The notes: a model not told the origin generated them from the sequence alone. A DNA stretch of 64,000 nt from an uncultured delta proteobacterium (GCA_963769935.1 CAVYNY010000017.1:96001-160000); one strand, 5' to 3'. Counted from the stretch's first letter, positions 10,129 through 21,549 are shown. Translations and numbers: made by a program.

Positions 10129-13100
10129 TTGCAGTTCATTTTAACTCTCGTTTATTTGATCTTTTTTTTGTCGGGTGCGGCCGCCCTGATGTATGAAGTG
10201 GTTTGGGTTCGTTCACTAAGCCTTATTTTCGGTGGAACCCACCTGGCCGTGACCAGCGTTTTGTCTGTTTTTATGGGAGGTCTGGCGCTGGGTAGTTTTT
10301 TAATCGGCAAGCGTGTCGATGCGGTCAAAAACCCGTTAAGATTATACGGCTTGCTGGAAATCGGCATCGCCCTGTCCGCCGTAATATTCATTTTTTTGAT
10401 GAAAATTTATCCCGCGATATATATCGTTTTGGTGCAGGGGAAGGAAAATGCGGGTTTATATCTTATATTCATCCGGGTCTTGTTTGCCTTGACCGTCTTG
10501 ATTTGGCCCACAACCCTGATGGGTGGGACGCTTCCCCTGCTGACGCGGTTTGTTTCAAGCCGCCCTGAAAAGCTCGGGGGACAACTATCCTTCCTTTACG
10601 GATTTAACACCCTGGGAGCCGTTGTCGGTACGGCAGCAGCCGGCTTTTGGCTGCTGCGATTTTATTCAGTCAGCACAACGCTCTATATCGCCATTCTGAT
10701 CAACAGCCTTATCGGGATTCTGAGCATTGTGATTGCGCCTAAGGCATCGATCGCGCCGGACCGTTTAACAATGGGTCCGAATTATGCCGATTTGAACGGC
10801 GTTGGTAAAACTTTGCACCAGGCAGCAACACCCAGCGAACTCGAGATCCGATTTCCATTCAGGGTCGTTTTCCTGGGGATTGGAATCAGTGGTTTTTGTG
10901 CGCTGGGCTATGAGGTGCTTTGGACCAGAATCCTTACTCTAACCATCGGTACGAGTGTTTACGGCTTTACCATCATGCTGGTGGCCTTTTTGACGGGCAT
11001 CGCTTTTGGCAGCAAAGCCTACGGGCTTTTACAAAAGTTGCTGCCCTCTAAGGCTATGGGTACGAAAAATCAAATTGTCGGGTTCGGTTTGGTACAGGGC
11101 AGCATAGGTGTTTGCGCCCTGGTTATAACGTATTACGTGCGCGATCTGCCGGTCAACTCTATTAACCTGTATGAATTTTTTGTGGGCCGGGGATTTGAGG
11201 TATTTGCTGCCCGGCAATGGGCGAATCTGACCCTCGCCTTTTCTTATATGGTTGTGCCGGCTTTCTTTATGGGTCTGGCCTTTCCGATCGCAGGCAGCGT
11301 GAATGCCATATATAGAAAGAAGGCAGGCCATGCGATTGGAGATGTACTGGCAGTCAATACAGTAGGTGCGATTTTCGGGTCGGCAGTGAGCGGATATTTC
11401 CTGATATATATCTTTGGCATCGAGCGCTCCCTCCAGCTCTTAACCGTTCTCAATATCGGACTGGGACTGCTGGTAATGTTGAGTATTCGGAACATCAAAC
11501 TGCTGAATCGGGGAGTGGTTGCGCTGACGGCGGCCGTCCTGGTGCTGCTGATTCTGCGTCCCAATTTTATGAGAATGTGGGACGCGGAATTTTTTGCTAT
11601 ATTCCAGAACAATCTGCCCGATGCCTACGACACCCTTGCGAAGAAACGGGACGCCGTTGAAAATACCAACGTTCTCTTTTATCGTGAAGGTGTCGATTCG
11701 ACCATCAGCTCCATCAAGATCAAGGGCGGGATTCAAGCATTGCTGGTAAACGGGAAAGTCGTTGCGTCCTCGTCCGCGCAGGACCGCCAATGCCAACTGA
11801 CCCTGGGGCATCTGCCGATGCTCTTGCACAAAGATCCTCGTAAAATACTTGTCATTGGATTAGGTACCGGTATGACGCTGGGAGCAGTTTCAGTCCACCC
11901 AAATCTTGAGGAATTGACTCTGGTGGAAATTGAGCCCAATGTTATCGGAGCCGCCAGAACCTTTGCAAATTTTAACAACCACGTACTGGAAAATCCCAAA
12001 CTGCAGATTGTATTTAACGACGGGCGGAATTTTTTAACGACCACCAAAAACAAATATGATGTGATTACCGCCGATCCGATTCATCCATGGACCCAGGGCT
12101 CGGGATATCTTTATACGGCCGAGTATTTTAATTTAGCCTCGCAACATCTTCTCCCCGGGGGCATCATGTGCCAGTGGCTGCCGATTTATGAGTTGAGCGT
12201 AGCTGATCTCAAGTCTGTCACCAGAACCTTTGCCCTGAGTTTTAGGTATACCATGGCCTGGATGACCCAGTACGACGCCGAGCTGATCGGAAGCAATGAG
12301 CCGATTATTATCAATGAGGCGGAACTGGAAAGGCGCATTGCCCGGCCGCCGATCTCAAAAGATTTGGAACCGGTGATGATGGGCACAGCAACCGATTTCC
12401 TCAGTTATTTTGTAATGGGCAGCAAAGCAGTCACAGAATTCAGCCGGAACGGAATCATCAACACGGACGATAACTTATACCTTGAATTTTCAACTCCGGT
12501 TTCGGTAGGAAAAGATGTTATGCAAACCAATGCCAATGCAATCGCTCAATATCAAGAGGATATTTTTCCCTATCTTCTCCCGGCCGGAGACGATGCGGCT
12601 CGAGAACAGCAAAGAAAAAAGTGGAGAGACGCCACTGAAGCTGCCGTGATCGCCGATCGGGCGCGGGCGCTCTTTTTGGGAGGACATTATGACAGCCCGA
12701 AATTCCGGCAGGCATTGGCAGTTCTGGATAATAAATACCCATGGTTTGCACCCGGAAGGTTTTTAAAGCAGCAATACGAGGCCGAACTCTCAAAGGTGCC
12801 GAGCCTGCTTCAAAATATTTCCTTAATTCTCCTGAACGAAAAGGGAGCGCCGATCAGACTGGTAATATCAGCTGTGATTGTGCGCGTCAGCAAAGTGAGG
12901 GCGGCTGCCGTCTTTGTCGACAATGCCGCTCGAGACATCTACGGGCAGAGGTATTTTTCCGGCAGCGATCTGGATAAGACCATAGCGGGATACGTATCCG
13001 GCGTGATGGCTGCGATACGCTCCATCTATGAGCGGGAAACCCAAATTGCCGTCAGCCGGGGAAGAAAATTTCCGGCTGCTGATCCTACCAAGAAGAAGAT

Positions 13101-13146
13101 AAGGGGTGTGATCCTAGAAAAAATTCAGGCAGCCGGCGATTTCTGA
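10129..13146 (+). CDS. Fused membrane (MFS-like)/spermidine synthase-like SAM-fold protein
   Basis: SGAAALMYEVVW, duplicated membrane halves, VIGLGTG, VEIEP, DGRNFL, DVITADP. Confidence 0.85.
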   Translation: MQFILTLVYLIFFLSGAAALMYEVVWVRSLSLIFGGTHLAVTSVLSVFMGGLALGSFLIGKRVDAVKNPLRLYGLLEIGIALSAVIFIFLMKIYPAIYIVLVQGKENAGLYLIFIRVLFALTVLIWPTTLMGGTLPLLTRFVSSRPEKLGGQLSFLYGFNTLGAVVGTAAAGFWLLRFYSVSTTLYIAILINSLIGILSIVIAPKASIAPDRLTMGPNYADLNGVGKTLHQAATPSELEIRFPFRVVFLGIGISGFCALGYEVLWTRILTLTIGTSVYGFTIMLVAFLTGIAFGSKAYGLLQKLLPSKAMGTKNQIVGFGLVQGSIGVCALVITYYVRDLPVNSINLYEFFVGRGFEVFAARQWANLTLAFSYMVVPAFFMGLAFPIAGSVNAIYRKKAGHAIGDVLAVNTVGAIFGSAVSGYFLIYIFGIERSLQLLTVLNIGLGLLVMLSIRNIKLLNRGVVALTAAVLVLLILRPNFMRMWDAEFFAIFQNNLPDAYDTLAKKRDAVENTNVLFYREGVDSTISSIKIKGGIQALLVNGKVVASSSAQDRQCQLTLGHLPMLLHKDPRKILVIGLGTGMTLGAVSVHPNLEELTLVEIEPNVIGAARTFANFNNHVLENPKLQIVFNDGRNFLTTTKNKYDVITADPIHPWTQGSGYLYTAEYFNLASQHLLPGGIMCQWLPIYELSVADLKSVTRTFALSFRYTMAWMTQYDAELIGSNEPIIINEAELERRIARPPISKDLEPVMMGTATDFLSYFVMGSKAVTEFSRNGIINTDDNLYLEFSTPVSVGKDVMQTNANAIAQYQEDIFPYLLPAGDDAAREQQRKKWRDATEAAVIADRARALFLGGHYDSPKFRQALAVLDNKYPWFAPGRFLKQQYEAELSKVPSLLQNISLILLNEKGAPIRLVISAVIVRVSKVRAAAVFVDNAARDIYGQRYFSGSDLDKTIAGYVSGVMAAIRSIYERETQIAVSRGRKFPAADPTKKKIRGVILEKIQAAGDF

Positions 13147-13164
13147 TCCGTTTGATCGATCGGG

Positions 13165-13476
13165 TTAGGTTTCCTGCAATACTTCATCCACCCATTGCAG
13201 AGCGGCAATCATATTGGGGAAACCCGTCGTCGTTAATGATAGCAGAACTGCATGCATAATTTCATCGGCGGAGGCGCCGGAGTCCAATGCCTTGCGCGTG
13301 TGAGACATGACCGCGCCCCTTGAATTGGCACCGACGGCAATACCGAGTTTGATGAGATCCTGGCATTTGGGATCCAGGGGGCCTGCGGCGCGGCAGGTTT
13401 GGCCCAGTTGTTTGAAATCTTTTAAAACTTCGGGAAATTTGCGGGAAAACTTTTCGTAGATTTTCGGAAGATACAT
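13165..13476 (-). CDS. Carboxymuconolactone decarboxylase (CMD/AhpD-like) family protein
   Basis: GPLDPK..LIKLGIAVG, AVMSH, TGFP; RBS before the ATG at 13476. Confidence 0.85.
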   Translation of the reverse strand: MYLPKIYEKFSRKFPEVLKDFKQLGQTCRAAGPLDPKCQDLIKLGIAVGANSRGAVMSHTRKALDSGASADEIMHAVLLSLTTTGFPNMIAALQWVDEVLQET

Positions 13477-13575
13477 AATGGCTCCTCTCTGAGAAAGATT
13501 CATAAGCACGCGCGAAGCATCCCTATTGGATAAATCCGAAATAACAGCCAGTCTTTCAAATGCAAATGACAAAAA

Positions 13576-14685
13576 TTATTCGGATAGCAGTACCACCGAA
13601 TAACTGTTAAACAATGCCCAAACTTCATCCCCTTCCACAAGTGCAAGACGTCTGCAGCTTTCACTCGTCACAATTGAACACACCTCAGTCCCATCCGAAA
13701 TGCGGATGATATATTCCGTATTGATTTCACCCTCGGTGATTTTTTCAACAACTCCTTTGAACATATTGTCTGCGCTGCATCCTTGTCCATTGCCACTTTT
13801 CTGCAATATCACCCACGGCGCTTTGATCTCGGCCGTTGTCAGCTTGCCCACCTTCAGGTCAAGCCGCTGCAAGCTATCGTTCGTGATAACCGTAGTGACG
13901 CGGTGTCCGCTTATGGTCACCAGTTCGACGCGGGTTTGGATGTCGCCCTTCTGAATAGTTTGGATCTTGCCGCAGAAAGAGTTTCTCGCGCTGGTTTTGC
14001 GCCTGGATTCCCTTTCCATGAAAAGCTTAGCAACTTGCTGGATTTCGTTTTCGGAAAAGGTAACATAAGACGAGGTCAGATTGGGCGTCGAATGTCCCAA
14101 CATCATTTGGACTGCCGGCAGGGGCATGTTGCCCTGCATTAATTCCACCGCCCGTGCCCTGCGAATCATCTCCGGGCCGCCTAACCGCTTGGAAAAACCG
14201 CAGGCTTGGGCGCGTTCGTAAAACTTACGGCGCACAAAACCGGGATCGACAGCGAGCATGTCCGGAGGCACCTCCTGAAAGGCAGGATCTGCCAGCATGT
14301 CTCGGAGTTCGTTGGAGAGTGCTTCCGAGATCTGAACCTCCCTTGGATGAGATTGTATGCCAATGCTCGTGGCACGAAAGAACAACGCATGCCGAGCCGG
14401 ATCGATGTCCTGCAGCGGATTCAGCGCCAAAACCTCGTTCAGCTTGGCACCCGTGTAGCGGATCAAAAGAAAAATGATCAAAATACGCCGGCGGGAAAAG
14501 CGGATATCGGCACGCGGGGAACTATCCGTCCATTCACGAAAGGAATCCTCCATCAAATCGAGTTGGGTGGTATCCAGGCACTGCTCTTCATCTGGAATCG
14601 AGACGATGCGTCCATGGTTCATGCTTTTTGATACTGATATCCTTGATACAGGACTCATTTGTTTGGTTTTTGGTTTTGGTTTCAT
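13576..14685 (-). CDS. tunR: TunR-family tungstate/molybdate regulator (recombinase-like domain plus two TOBE domains)
   Basis: RYTGAKLNEV and MLGHSTPNLTSSY integrase-like motifs fused to TSARN-type TOBE repeats; the start may be downstream (14622). Confidence 0.85.
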   Translation of the reverse strand: MKPKPKTKQMSPVSRISVSKSMNHGRIVSIPDEEQCLDTTQLDLMEDSFREWTDSSPRADIRFSRRRILIIFLLIRYTGAKLNEVLALNPLQDIDPARHALFFRATSIGIQSHPREVQISEALSNELRDMLADPAFQEVPPDMLAVDPGFVRRKFYERAQACGFSKRLGGPEMIRRARAVELMQGNMPLPAVQMMLGHSTPNLTSSYVTFSENEIQQVAKLFMERESRRKTSARNSFCGKIQTIQKGDIQTRVELVTISGHRVTTVITNDSLQRLDLKVGKLTTAEIKAPWVILQKSGNGQGCSADNMFKGVVEKITEGEINTEYIIRISDGTEVCSIVTSESCRRLALVEGDEVWALFNSYSVVLLSE

Positions 14686-14800
14686 GGGACTGCGCTACCG
14701 GTCATGCCCGTTTAGCTGCATTTCACTATTCTTAACATATCCACCCCATACAGCGCCAGGCCAAAAACAACTTGACAGGCCTCGAATATCCTGGTACCCA

Positions 14801-14830
14801 TGGACACGATAATAATTATTTTCGTGATCG
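14801..14830. promoter_or_regulatory. Putative TunR operator
   Basis: TGGACACG-N14-CGTGATCG, resembling the CGGTCACG-N14-CGTGACCG signal I recall for Desulfovibrio mod operons. Confidence 0.7.
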
Positions 14831-14938
14831 TTGCAACCAAAATTGAGGTTGACCGCCATGCCAGACAACCATCGGGTTCGAGTTGTAATGTGCGCCAAAC
14901 TGGTACACCAGTCTTTTTTCAACTGAATGGGAGGATCC

Positions 14939-16138
14939 ATGTCCGAACGATATAGGTTTGATCGAATGGAACTGGCCGGGTCTTTGGGGGATCTCGGGAC
15001 ACTGCTGCCCATCGCCATCGCCATGGTTCTTTTCAACGGCCTCAACCCGCTGGGTCTATTTTTAAGCATCGGGGCCTACTACATCATTTCCGGTATTTAT
15101 TTCGGGATTACGGTTCCGGTTCAGCCGATGAAGGTTATCGGTGCCTATGCGATTGCCACATCCATGAGTCCCAACCAGATTCTGGCTTCATCCCTTCTCA
15201 TGGGGATTTTTCTTTTGATCATCGGGCTGACCGGGGCCATTGACGTCATCCGCAAGGTTACCCCTAAATCGGTCATTCGCGGGGTGCAATTGTCCACCGG
15301 AGCACTGCTGATTTCCGGCGGCATCAAGTTCCTGATCGGGACCTCGAAATTTCAGGCCCTTCAGAATGCAGTGGAACCGTATCTCGCCTTTCAGTTCATC
15401 GGCCCCATACCCGTCAGCCTGGTTATTGGCGGCATCAGCGGCATCATCACGCTGCTGCTGTTGGATAATAGAAAATTCCCGGCCGGCTTGATTGTAGTGG
15501 CGGGTGGACTCATAACGGGCATGGCATTGGGCGCCAAAATCAACCCGAGCCGTGGCGGCATTGCCTTTAACGTTCCGGAAATTCTCCCCTTCGGATTTCC
15601 GGGGAAGGCCGATTTCACCTTTGCCCTATTTGCCCTGGTGCTGCCTCAACTTCCGATGACGCTGGGTAACGCGGTATTGGCGTATACGGATCTTTCAAAG
15701 GAGTATTTTGGAGAACGGTCGGCCAAGCTCACCAATCGAAAGGCCTGCGTGAGTATGGCTCTGGCCAATTTTTTCAGCTTTTGCCTGGGTGGCATGCCGC
15801 TTTGCCACGGTGCCGGGGGACTGGCGGCGCATTATCGTTTCGGCGCACGAACGGCAGGGTCCAATTTGATGATTGGACTGCTCTTCGCGGTGTTGGCGAT
15901 CGTTCTCGGCAACAATATCGTCAGCGTTTTAAACCTGCTGCCCATGTCAATCCTAGGTGTCCTGCTCATGTTTGCGGGCTCCCAGTTGACACTCACCATT
16001 ATGGACCTGGACAATCGCAAAGACTATTATGTCGCGACTTTGATTCTTGGCATCACCCTGGCGTCCAATCTTGCGGCGGGTTTTATCGCAGGGATGATCA
16101 TTGCCCATCTTCTCAGATGGAACAAACTATCCGTTTAG
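14939..16138 (+). CDS. MOT1-type molybdate/sulfate transporter
   Basis: ELAGSLGDLGT, PVQPMK, PQLPMTLGNA, GGMPLCHGAGGLAAHYRFGART. Confidence 0.9.
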   Translation: MSERYRFDRMELAGSLGDLGTLLPIAIAMVLFNGLNPLGLFLSIGAYYIISGIYFGITVPVQPMKVIGAYAIATSMSPNQILASSLLMGIFLLIIGLTGAIDVIRKVTPKSVIRGVQLSTGALLISGGIKFLIGTSKFQALQNAVEPYLAFQFIGPIPVSLVIGGISGIITLLLLDNRKFPAGLIVVAGGLITGMALGAKINPSRGGIAFNVPEILPFGFPGKADFTFALFALVLPQLPMTLGNAVLAYTDLSKEYFGERSAKLTNRKACVSMALANFFSFCLGGMPLCHGAGGLAAHYRFGARTAGSNLMIGLLFAVLAIVLGNNIVSVLNLLPMSILGVLLMFAGSQLTLTIMDLDNRKDYYVATLILGITLASNLAAGFIAGMIIAHLLRWNKLSV

Positions 16139-16176
16139 GAGCTGGCAAGTAATCCAGCAGGGTGAGACGGGAAAAT

Positions 16177-16830
16177 TCATTTCAAGCACCTGGCTACGAG
16201 AACATCCGAAGGAATGCCCCATGACACCACAGTTGTGTTGTTTTTGATTACCCACTGATGCTCGGAAATAAAGCAGGCCACCTCGATTGGTCGGCAGCCT
16301 CCCACCAGAGATGGATTTAAACTGTGAATCGCTCGCCAAACGGCGATAATTGCACGGGAGACCGCACCTTGGCCAAACGTCAGGCTTGTCACGCACAGAA
16401 GGCCATTGTTCTTGAGGATTCGATAGGCCTCATTGACAACTGCCCGGATTTGGTCCGGGGGAAGAAGATCAAGGACATAATTTGAAATGAATCGGTCGCA
16501 GCTGCCGTCCTCAGCCGGCACTTCCGCAGATCCGCTCGTCAGTGTGACGGAAGCGCGATTTTTGAATCCATTCAAACGGCGCTTCGTTAAGTCCACCATG
16601 GTGGCGCTTATGTCGAAACCGTGGTAGCCGGCATCGGTCGGGAGACACTCATTGAACAACCGCAGCGCAAAGCGGCCGGTCCCGCAGCCGAATTCGACGA
16701 TATCATGAGCATTTTCAAAATCCCCGAATTCAACCAGCTGATCAAGGGCCGGGTTTTCGTAAAAGGATTGGGTGTCTTGTTTGCGTCCGAAACGGTCGTA
16801 AAAACGCCGCGCCTGCTCCGGTGTAAACAT
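16177..16830 (-). CDS. Class I SAM-dependent methyltransferase
   Basis: EFGCGTG, DISATM, YVLDLL. Confidence 0.85.
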   Translation of the reverse strand: MFTPEQARRFYDRFGRKQDTQSFYENPALDQLVEFGDFENAHDIVEFGCGTGRFALRLFNECLPTDAGYHGFDISATMVDLTKRRLNGFKNRASVTLTSGSAEVPAEDGSCDRFISNYVLDLLPPDQIRAVVNEAYRILKNNGLLCVTSLTFGQGAVSRAIIAVWRAIHSLNPSLVGGCRPIEVACFISEHQWVIKNNTTVVSWGIPSDVLVARCLK

Positions 16831-16881
16831 GGCTGCAATTCTCCTCTCTATGCAAGCTGTCGGCTACAGGCGACAGGCTTT

Positions 16882-17967
16882 TCAAGGCTCGCAAGTGACA
16901 TGGCACACGCCGGTGGGAGTTTCGATGCTGAACGGAAAATATTTGCGTTTGAACCACAGCGCGACATTGACCAGGCTGATCAATACCGGCACTTCCACCA
17001 GGGGACCGATCACAGCCGCAAAGGCCTGGCCCGAATCGATGCCGAACACCGCCACCGCCACGGCGATGGCCAGCTCGAAGTTGTTGGAGGCCGCCGTGAA
17101 GCTCAGGGTGGCGGCCTGCTCATAGGTGGCGCCCACTTTCATGGAAAGATAAAACGACACGAAGAACATGATCACGAAATAGATGCACAGCGGAACCGCC
17201 ACCCGCACCACATCCAGCGGCAGCTGCACGATGTATTCTCCCTTCAGCGAAAACATCACCAGGATCGTAAACAGCAGCGCGATCAAGGTGATGGGGCTGA
17301 TCCTGGGAATGAATTTTTGTTCATACCATTCCCGGCCTTTGGTTTTCAGCCCCACCCAACGCGAAATCATCCCGCCGATGAAGGGAATTCCGAGATAGAT
17401 GAACACGCTTTCGGCGATCTGACCAATTGAAATCTCGACCACGGCGCCCTTCAGACCCAGCCACTGGGGCACCAGCGTGATAAAAAAATAGGCATACACC
17501 GAGAAAAACAGCACCTGGAAAATGGAGTTGAACGCCACCAGCCCGGCGCAGTATTCACGGTCGCCTGCCGCCAGATCATTCCAGACGATCACCATGGCAA
17601 TGCAGCGCGCCAGGCCGATCAGAATCAGGCCCACCATGTATTCGTGCCGGCCGGAGAGGAAGGTGATCGCAAGTAAAAACATCAGAATTGGACCGATCAC
17701 CCAGTTCTGTATCAGCGACAGGCCCAGCACCTTCACATTGCGAAATACCCGGGGCAGCTGCTCGTATTTAACCTTGGCCAGGGGCGGATACATCATCAGG
17801 ATCAGCCCGATGGCAATGGGGATATTGGTGGTGCCCACCTGGAAGTAGTTGATTACCTCCCGGACGCCCGGAAACAGGTAGCCCCACATCACTCCGGCGA
17901 ACATAGCCAGAAAAATCCACAGGGTCAAAAAGCGGTCCAGAAACGAAAGACGTTTAATCTCGGACAT
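16882..17967 (-). CDS. acr3: ACR3 family arsenite efflux transporter
   Basis: [41 protein letters not shown]. Confidence 0.95.
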   Translation of the reverse strand: MSEIKRLSFLDRFLTLWIFLAMFAGVMWGYLFPGVREVINYFQVGTTNIPIAIGLILMMYPPLAKVKYEQLPRVFRNVKVLGLSLIQNWVIGPILMFLLAITFLSGRHEYMVGLILIGLARCIAMVIVWNDLAAGDREYCAGLVAFNSIFQVLFFSVYAYFFITLVPQWLGLKGAVVEISIGQIAESVFIYLGIPFIGGMISRWVGLKTKGREWYEQKFIPRISPITLIALLFTILVMFSLKGEYIVQLPLDVVRVAVPLCIYFVIMFFVSFYLSMKVGATYEQAATLSFTAASNNFELAIAVAVAVFGIDSGQAFAAVIGPLVEVPVLISLVNVALWFKRKYFPFSIETPTGVCHVTCEP

Positions 17968-18006
17968 GGCTGTCTCCTTACTCCATCATCTGAGTTCTGA
18001 TTCGGT

Positions 18007-18373
18007 TCAGCTTTTATGATAATTCTTACACAACTCCTCCTTGTCCGTCTCCAGGATCTGCTCCAGGCGGATTGCGTCCTGCCGGACTCTGACAGAGCGA
18101 TTCAATGATCTGCTAACCCACGCGATGGCTTCTTTAATTTCCGGCGGTGCGTCAGGGCCTGCTGAACGATAGTACATCCAGCGTCCTTTTTTCCGGCCGG
18201 AAACCAGCCGCGCCTGGCGCAGGATGGACATGTGTTTGGAAACCGTTGAAGGCGCCAGTTCGAGAAGCTCGATAAGCTGGCAAACGCACAACTCTTCTCC
18301 GTTTCAAAGCCAGCAGGATCCGCAGCCGGTTTTCTTCAGCCAGGGCCTTTGTGATGTTTAAGAATTCAAGCAT
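18007..18373 (-). CDS. arsR: ArsR/SmtB regulator split by a +1 homopolymer frameshift near 18304
   Basis: KALAEENRLRILLAL then ELCVCQL..STVSKH in another frame; removing one A from TTG AAA C restores the ORF. Confidence 0.8.
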
Positions 18374-18384
18374 GCAGCTGTTCC

Positions 18385-18431
18385 TATTTCGTTATGTGGC
18401 GAAATATAAAATTAAGAATTGGTCATGTCAA
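18385..18431 (-). promoter_or_regulatory. Sigma70 promoter with overlapping ArsR operator
   Basis: TTGACA (18431-18426)-17 bp-TATATT; palindrome TATTTCG-N8-CGAAATA at 18385-18406. Confidence 0.7.
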
Positions 18432-18733
18432 GCCGCATAATAAAAAAAATCAGGCGGCAGGCGCACCGGTGTGTTCCGCCGCTGGTGGGACTCGATTTGG
18501 CCGTATCAATTCAATATTTGCGTAAACGTCAAGGTTGCCGATAGATTTCAATTTTGCTGACCGGTTGCAAATCTTTTTAACATGAAATATGTTGCCTCCG
18601 AAGTTTGAAGACGACGGCGGGAAGCTTCGGCCTGGTTATGGCGGCACCGTTTCAGGCGCTTAAAAGAAAAGTTAAGGAGGATTTCTTACTTGGGCGGCAT
18701 TAAAATCATTTTGCAGTCACGGAAACGGCAACA

Positions 18734-19675
18734 TTGACTACCGCCGCGGATCATAACAGCATGCGGATGGCTGTATTTAGACTTTTGGCAGGGGCCGTCA
18801 TGATCAGCTTCTCAGGGGTGTGGGTTAAGGTCAGTCATGTGACGCCGGCGTCATCGGCCTTTTACCGCGTCCTTTTCGGCGATCTCCTGCTGCTGGCAGC
18901 GGCAATCTGGCGCCGAGAAGTCAAATGGCCCAGTATCCGGCAGCTGGCCCTGGCAACGACCAGCGGGTCCTTTCTGGCTCTGGATCTGCTTTTTTATCAT
19001 TCCAGCATTTTTTACGTCGGCCCCGGCCTGGGGACCATCCTGCCCAATTTTCAGGTATTCATCCTGGCGGCCGTCGGGATTCTTTTTCTCGGCGAAAAGC
19101 TTCGCTGGTCGCTCCTGACAGCGATTCCCCTGGCATTTGCAGGATTGTTTCTGATCGTCGGCATCGATTGGGGCGGTCTGGATGCGAGCTACAAGGTCGG
19201 CATCTACTTCGGTCTGGGGTCGGCGTTCTGCTATGCCTGGTTTCTGCTGTCTTTGCGTAAACTGCAGGCCGAACAGGCGGGGGTATCGGTCTTTTTCGTG
19301 TTGATGGCGGTGTCGTTTGTCACCGCCGTTTTTTTGGCGGCGGAAATCATCCACTCAGGCGGCACATTTGCGATTCCCGATCTGCAAAGCCTGGTCGCAT
19401 TGGCGGCTTTGGGGCTGTTCAGCCAATCGCTGGGTTGGGTCATCATTACCAATGCCCTGCCGCATATCCGCGCGTCCTTGTCCGGCCTGATCCTGCTGCT
19501 GCAGCCGGCCCTGGCCTTCGTTTGGGATGTGCTGATTTTCCAGAGGCCGACCAGCACGATCAACTGGCTGGGGGTGCTGGTGGTTCTGGTTGCCGTTTAC
19601 CTGGGCACGTTAAAGCCGACGCAGAGCGCGCGCAGGGAATGCAGTAAAAAAGACCTCGAGGATCCTCTAATATAG
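18734..19675 (+). CDS. DMT/EamA family transporter
   Basis: About 10 TM helices, AFYR, LLLQPALA. Confidence 0.85.
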   Translation: MTTAADHNSMRMAVFRLLAGAVMISFSGVWVKVSHVTPASSAFYRVLFGDLLLLAAAIWRREVKWPSIRQLALATTSGSFLALDLLFYHSSIFYVGPGLGTILPNFQVFILAAVGILFLGEKLRWSLLTAIPLAFAGLFLIVGIDWGGLDASYKVGIYFGLGSAFCYAWFLLSLRKLQAEQAGVSVFFVLMAVSFVTAVFLAAEIIHSGGTFAIPDLQSLVALAALGLFSQSLGWVIITNALPHIRASLSGLILLLQPALAFVWDVLIFQRPTSTINWLGVLVVLVAVYLGTLKPTQSARRECSKKDLEDPLI

Positions 19676-19785
19676 GCGGTCGGGACGATCTCGCATCTCT
19701 ATCAATTCGAACTTCAAGCATTTACTCGCCGGCAATCTTACAGCTGATGGAAATACCCGCCGAGCCGGACCCGTCAATAGCTAAA

Positions 19786-20310
19786 TTAAATGTCAAACTT
19801 AAATTGACGCATATATTCTCCAAGCCGCTGTTTTTTTTCAGCACTCAACGACGGACAATCCGCCGGGCCTTTCGCATCCTCGGCCATGCGGGCGGCAAAC
19901 ACCATGCAGGTTGGCTCGCCGCATTCCTTGCAGTTGGTCTTCGGCAGCAGTTTGAGAATCTCGATCAGTTGGGGTTTGGGTGCGCCTTCATAGCTGGGTT
20001 CAATCCCATTTCGGTTTTCCCAGGCATCGTTGATTTCCCGCTGCAGCCACGCGAGGATCTTGTCGGCTTCGTCCTCGTCTTTGAGAGCATTAATTGCGAT
20101 TTTGCAGCCGTGCACGGTAATAAGCTTGCCCTGTGATCGAAATATAACCGCCGGCGGATCCTTGAGGTAATCAAAACCGCCGAGGACGGCATTCAGATAG
20201 GGCAGCACCGCCGAAATATCCTGCTCCAGATGGGCGATGCAGTGCACGGATTCAAAGCTCGGGTTGCACTCGGGTCTGAATATTTCTTTGGAATAGCTTT
20301 TTAGCAACAT
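19786..20310 (-). CDS. Fe-S-binding protein (C-terminal 4-Cys FeS domain)
   Basis: LPYLNA, LLPKTNCKECGEPTCMVFA..CP. Confidence 0.85.
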   Translation of the reverse strand: MLLKSYSKEIFRPECNPSFESVHCIAHLEQDISAVLPYLNAVLGGFDYLKDPPAVIFRSQGKLITVHGCKIAINALKDEDEADKILAWLQREINDAWENRNGIEPSYEGAPKPQLIEILKLLPKTNCKECGEPTCMVFAARMAEDAKGPADCPSLSAEKKQRLGEYMRQFKFDI

Positions 20311-20416
20311 GACCGATACTCCTTGAGTGGTTGGTTTAGGGTTAACTTAACCGTGTTTTCATTTTTTCACTGGCTTTAGTTATGATCATTCATTTCGACT
20401 CAAGCAATTGAAGCGA

Positions 20417-21549
20417 TCAATATTCGACTTTGACAATCACCAGGGTGATGTCGTCTTCCTGTTTCCGGGCGCCTCGGAAATTCTGTACAGCATTCAATAT
20501 TGCCTCTTTAATAGCCTTTGCCGACTTGCCGGCCTGCGCCCGGACAATCTCCCGCAGCCTTTCTTTGCCGAACAATTCGCCTTTTATGTTCTGCGTCTCC
20601 CACAGTCCGTCGGTTCCGAAGACAAATATTTGCTCCGGTCTGATCTCTCGTCGGTATTCTGCGTAAGCTACATTTTTGGAAACACCCATGGCCATTCCCT
20701 GGCCTCCCAATTCCTCAAAAATACTCATATGCGGATCATAAACAATTGCCGGGTCGTGGCCGGCTCTGACCCAGCGCACGCTTTTTGCCTGGAAGTCGAA
20801 TTGTGCGTAAAACAAGGTCATAAACCGGCCGGAGTCGCCGACGTCCAGGCAGAGCTGATGGTTGATGTCGGAAAGATCGCAGCGATGCAACCCGGAAATG
20901 CTGCCCTCTGATGCAGCAAGGCCCGGGCGGTAGCCATTAGCAGGGCTGCGGAGATGCCGTGTCCGGTGACATCGCCGATGACCACCCCGAATTTGCCGGC
21001 CTTGTGCTCAGCGATAGTCAAGTAATCGAAATAATCACCACCTACCCGTCGCAATAAATGCAGCTGCCGGAAACATCCAGTCCGGGAGCCTCCGGATCTG
21101 ATTGGGGCAAAAGGCTGCGTTGCACTTCGGTTGCCAGCGCCATTGAGTGCTCCACGCGGACGTTCTTTTGCAGAGCGGGCCGATGGTATTGAAAACGCGT
21201 CCAAGCTCGCCGAATTCATCCCGCGAGCGGATATCCACCCGGGTGTTAAAATTCCCGCAGCCAAGTGCCGAACGCCTTGAGTCAGTATCCGGAGACGTTG
21301 GGTGACGGTTCGCGAAAACAATAAGGCAAGCGCCGCAGCAATTAGAATCATTGCCAGCATCAAATACAGAGAAAAGTCAAATTGGTTGGAAATGAGCTAA
21401 TTGACAAGCGGCTCCCGGACCAGTGGTGTTTGCCTGATCAGTTCATTGCCGAGTTTGTGCAGGTGCATAAAACCAAATGTCCTTAAGGCCAGCGGCGGAA
21501 TAATCGCAACCACCAGCAGTATGATAAGCAGCTTCCAGCGGTATCTCAT
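20417..21549 (-). pseudogene. Degraded HAMP + SpoIIE (PP2C) phosphatase gene
   Basis: TM1 start, periplasmic domain apparently deleted; HAMP (DEFGEL), GGDYFD, GDVTGHG, AGH, TDG and DDITL spread over several frames. Confidence 0.8.

Noticed and set aside
13576..14685. Integrase marking a mobile element
   Set aside because: Catalytic motifs are altered, it is fused to TOBE domains and has an adjacent operator; this fits the TunR regulator
16177..16830. Arsenite methyltransferase ArsM
   Set aside because: Beside acr3, but short and without recognisable ArsM Cys motifs; left as a generic methyltransferase
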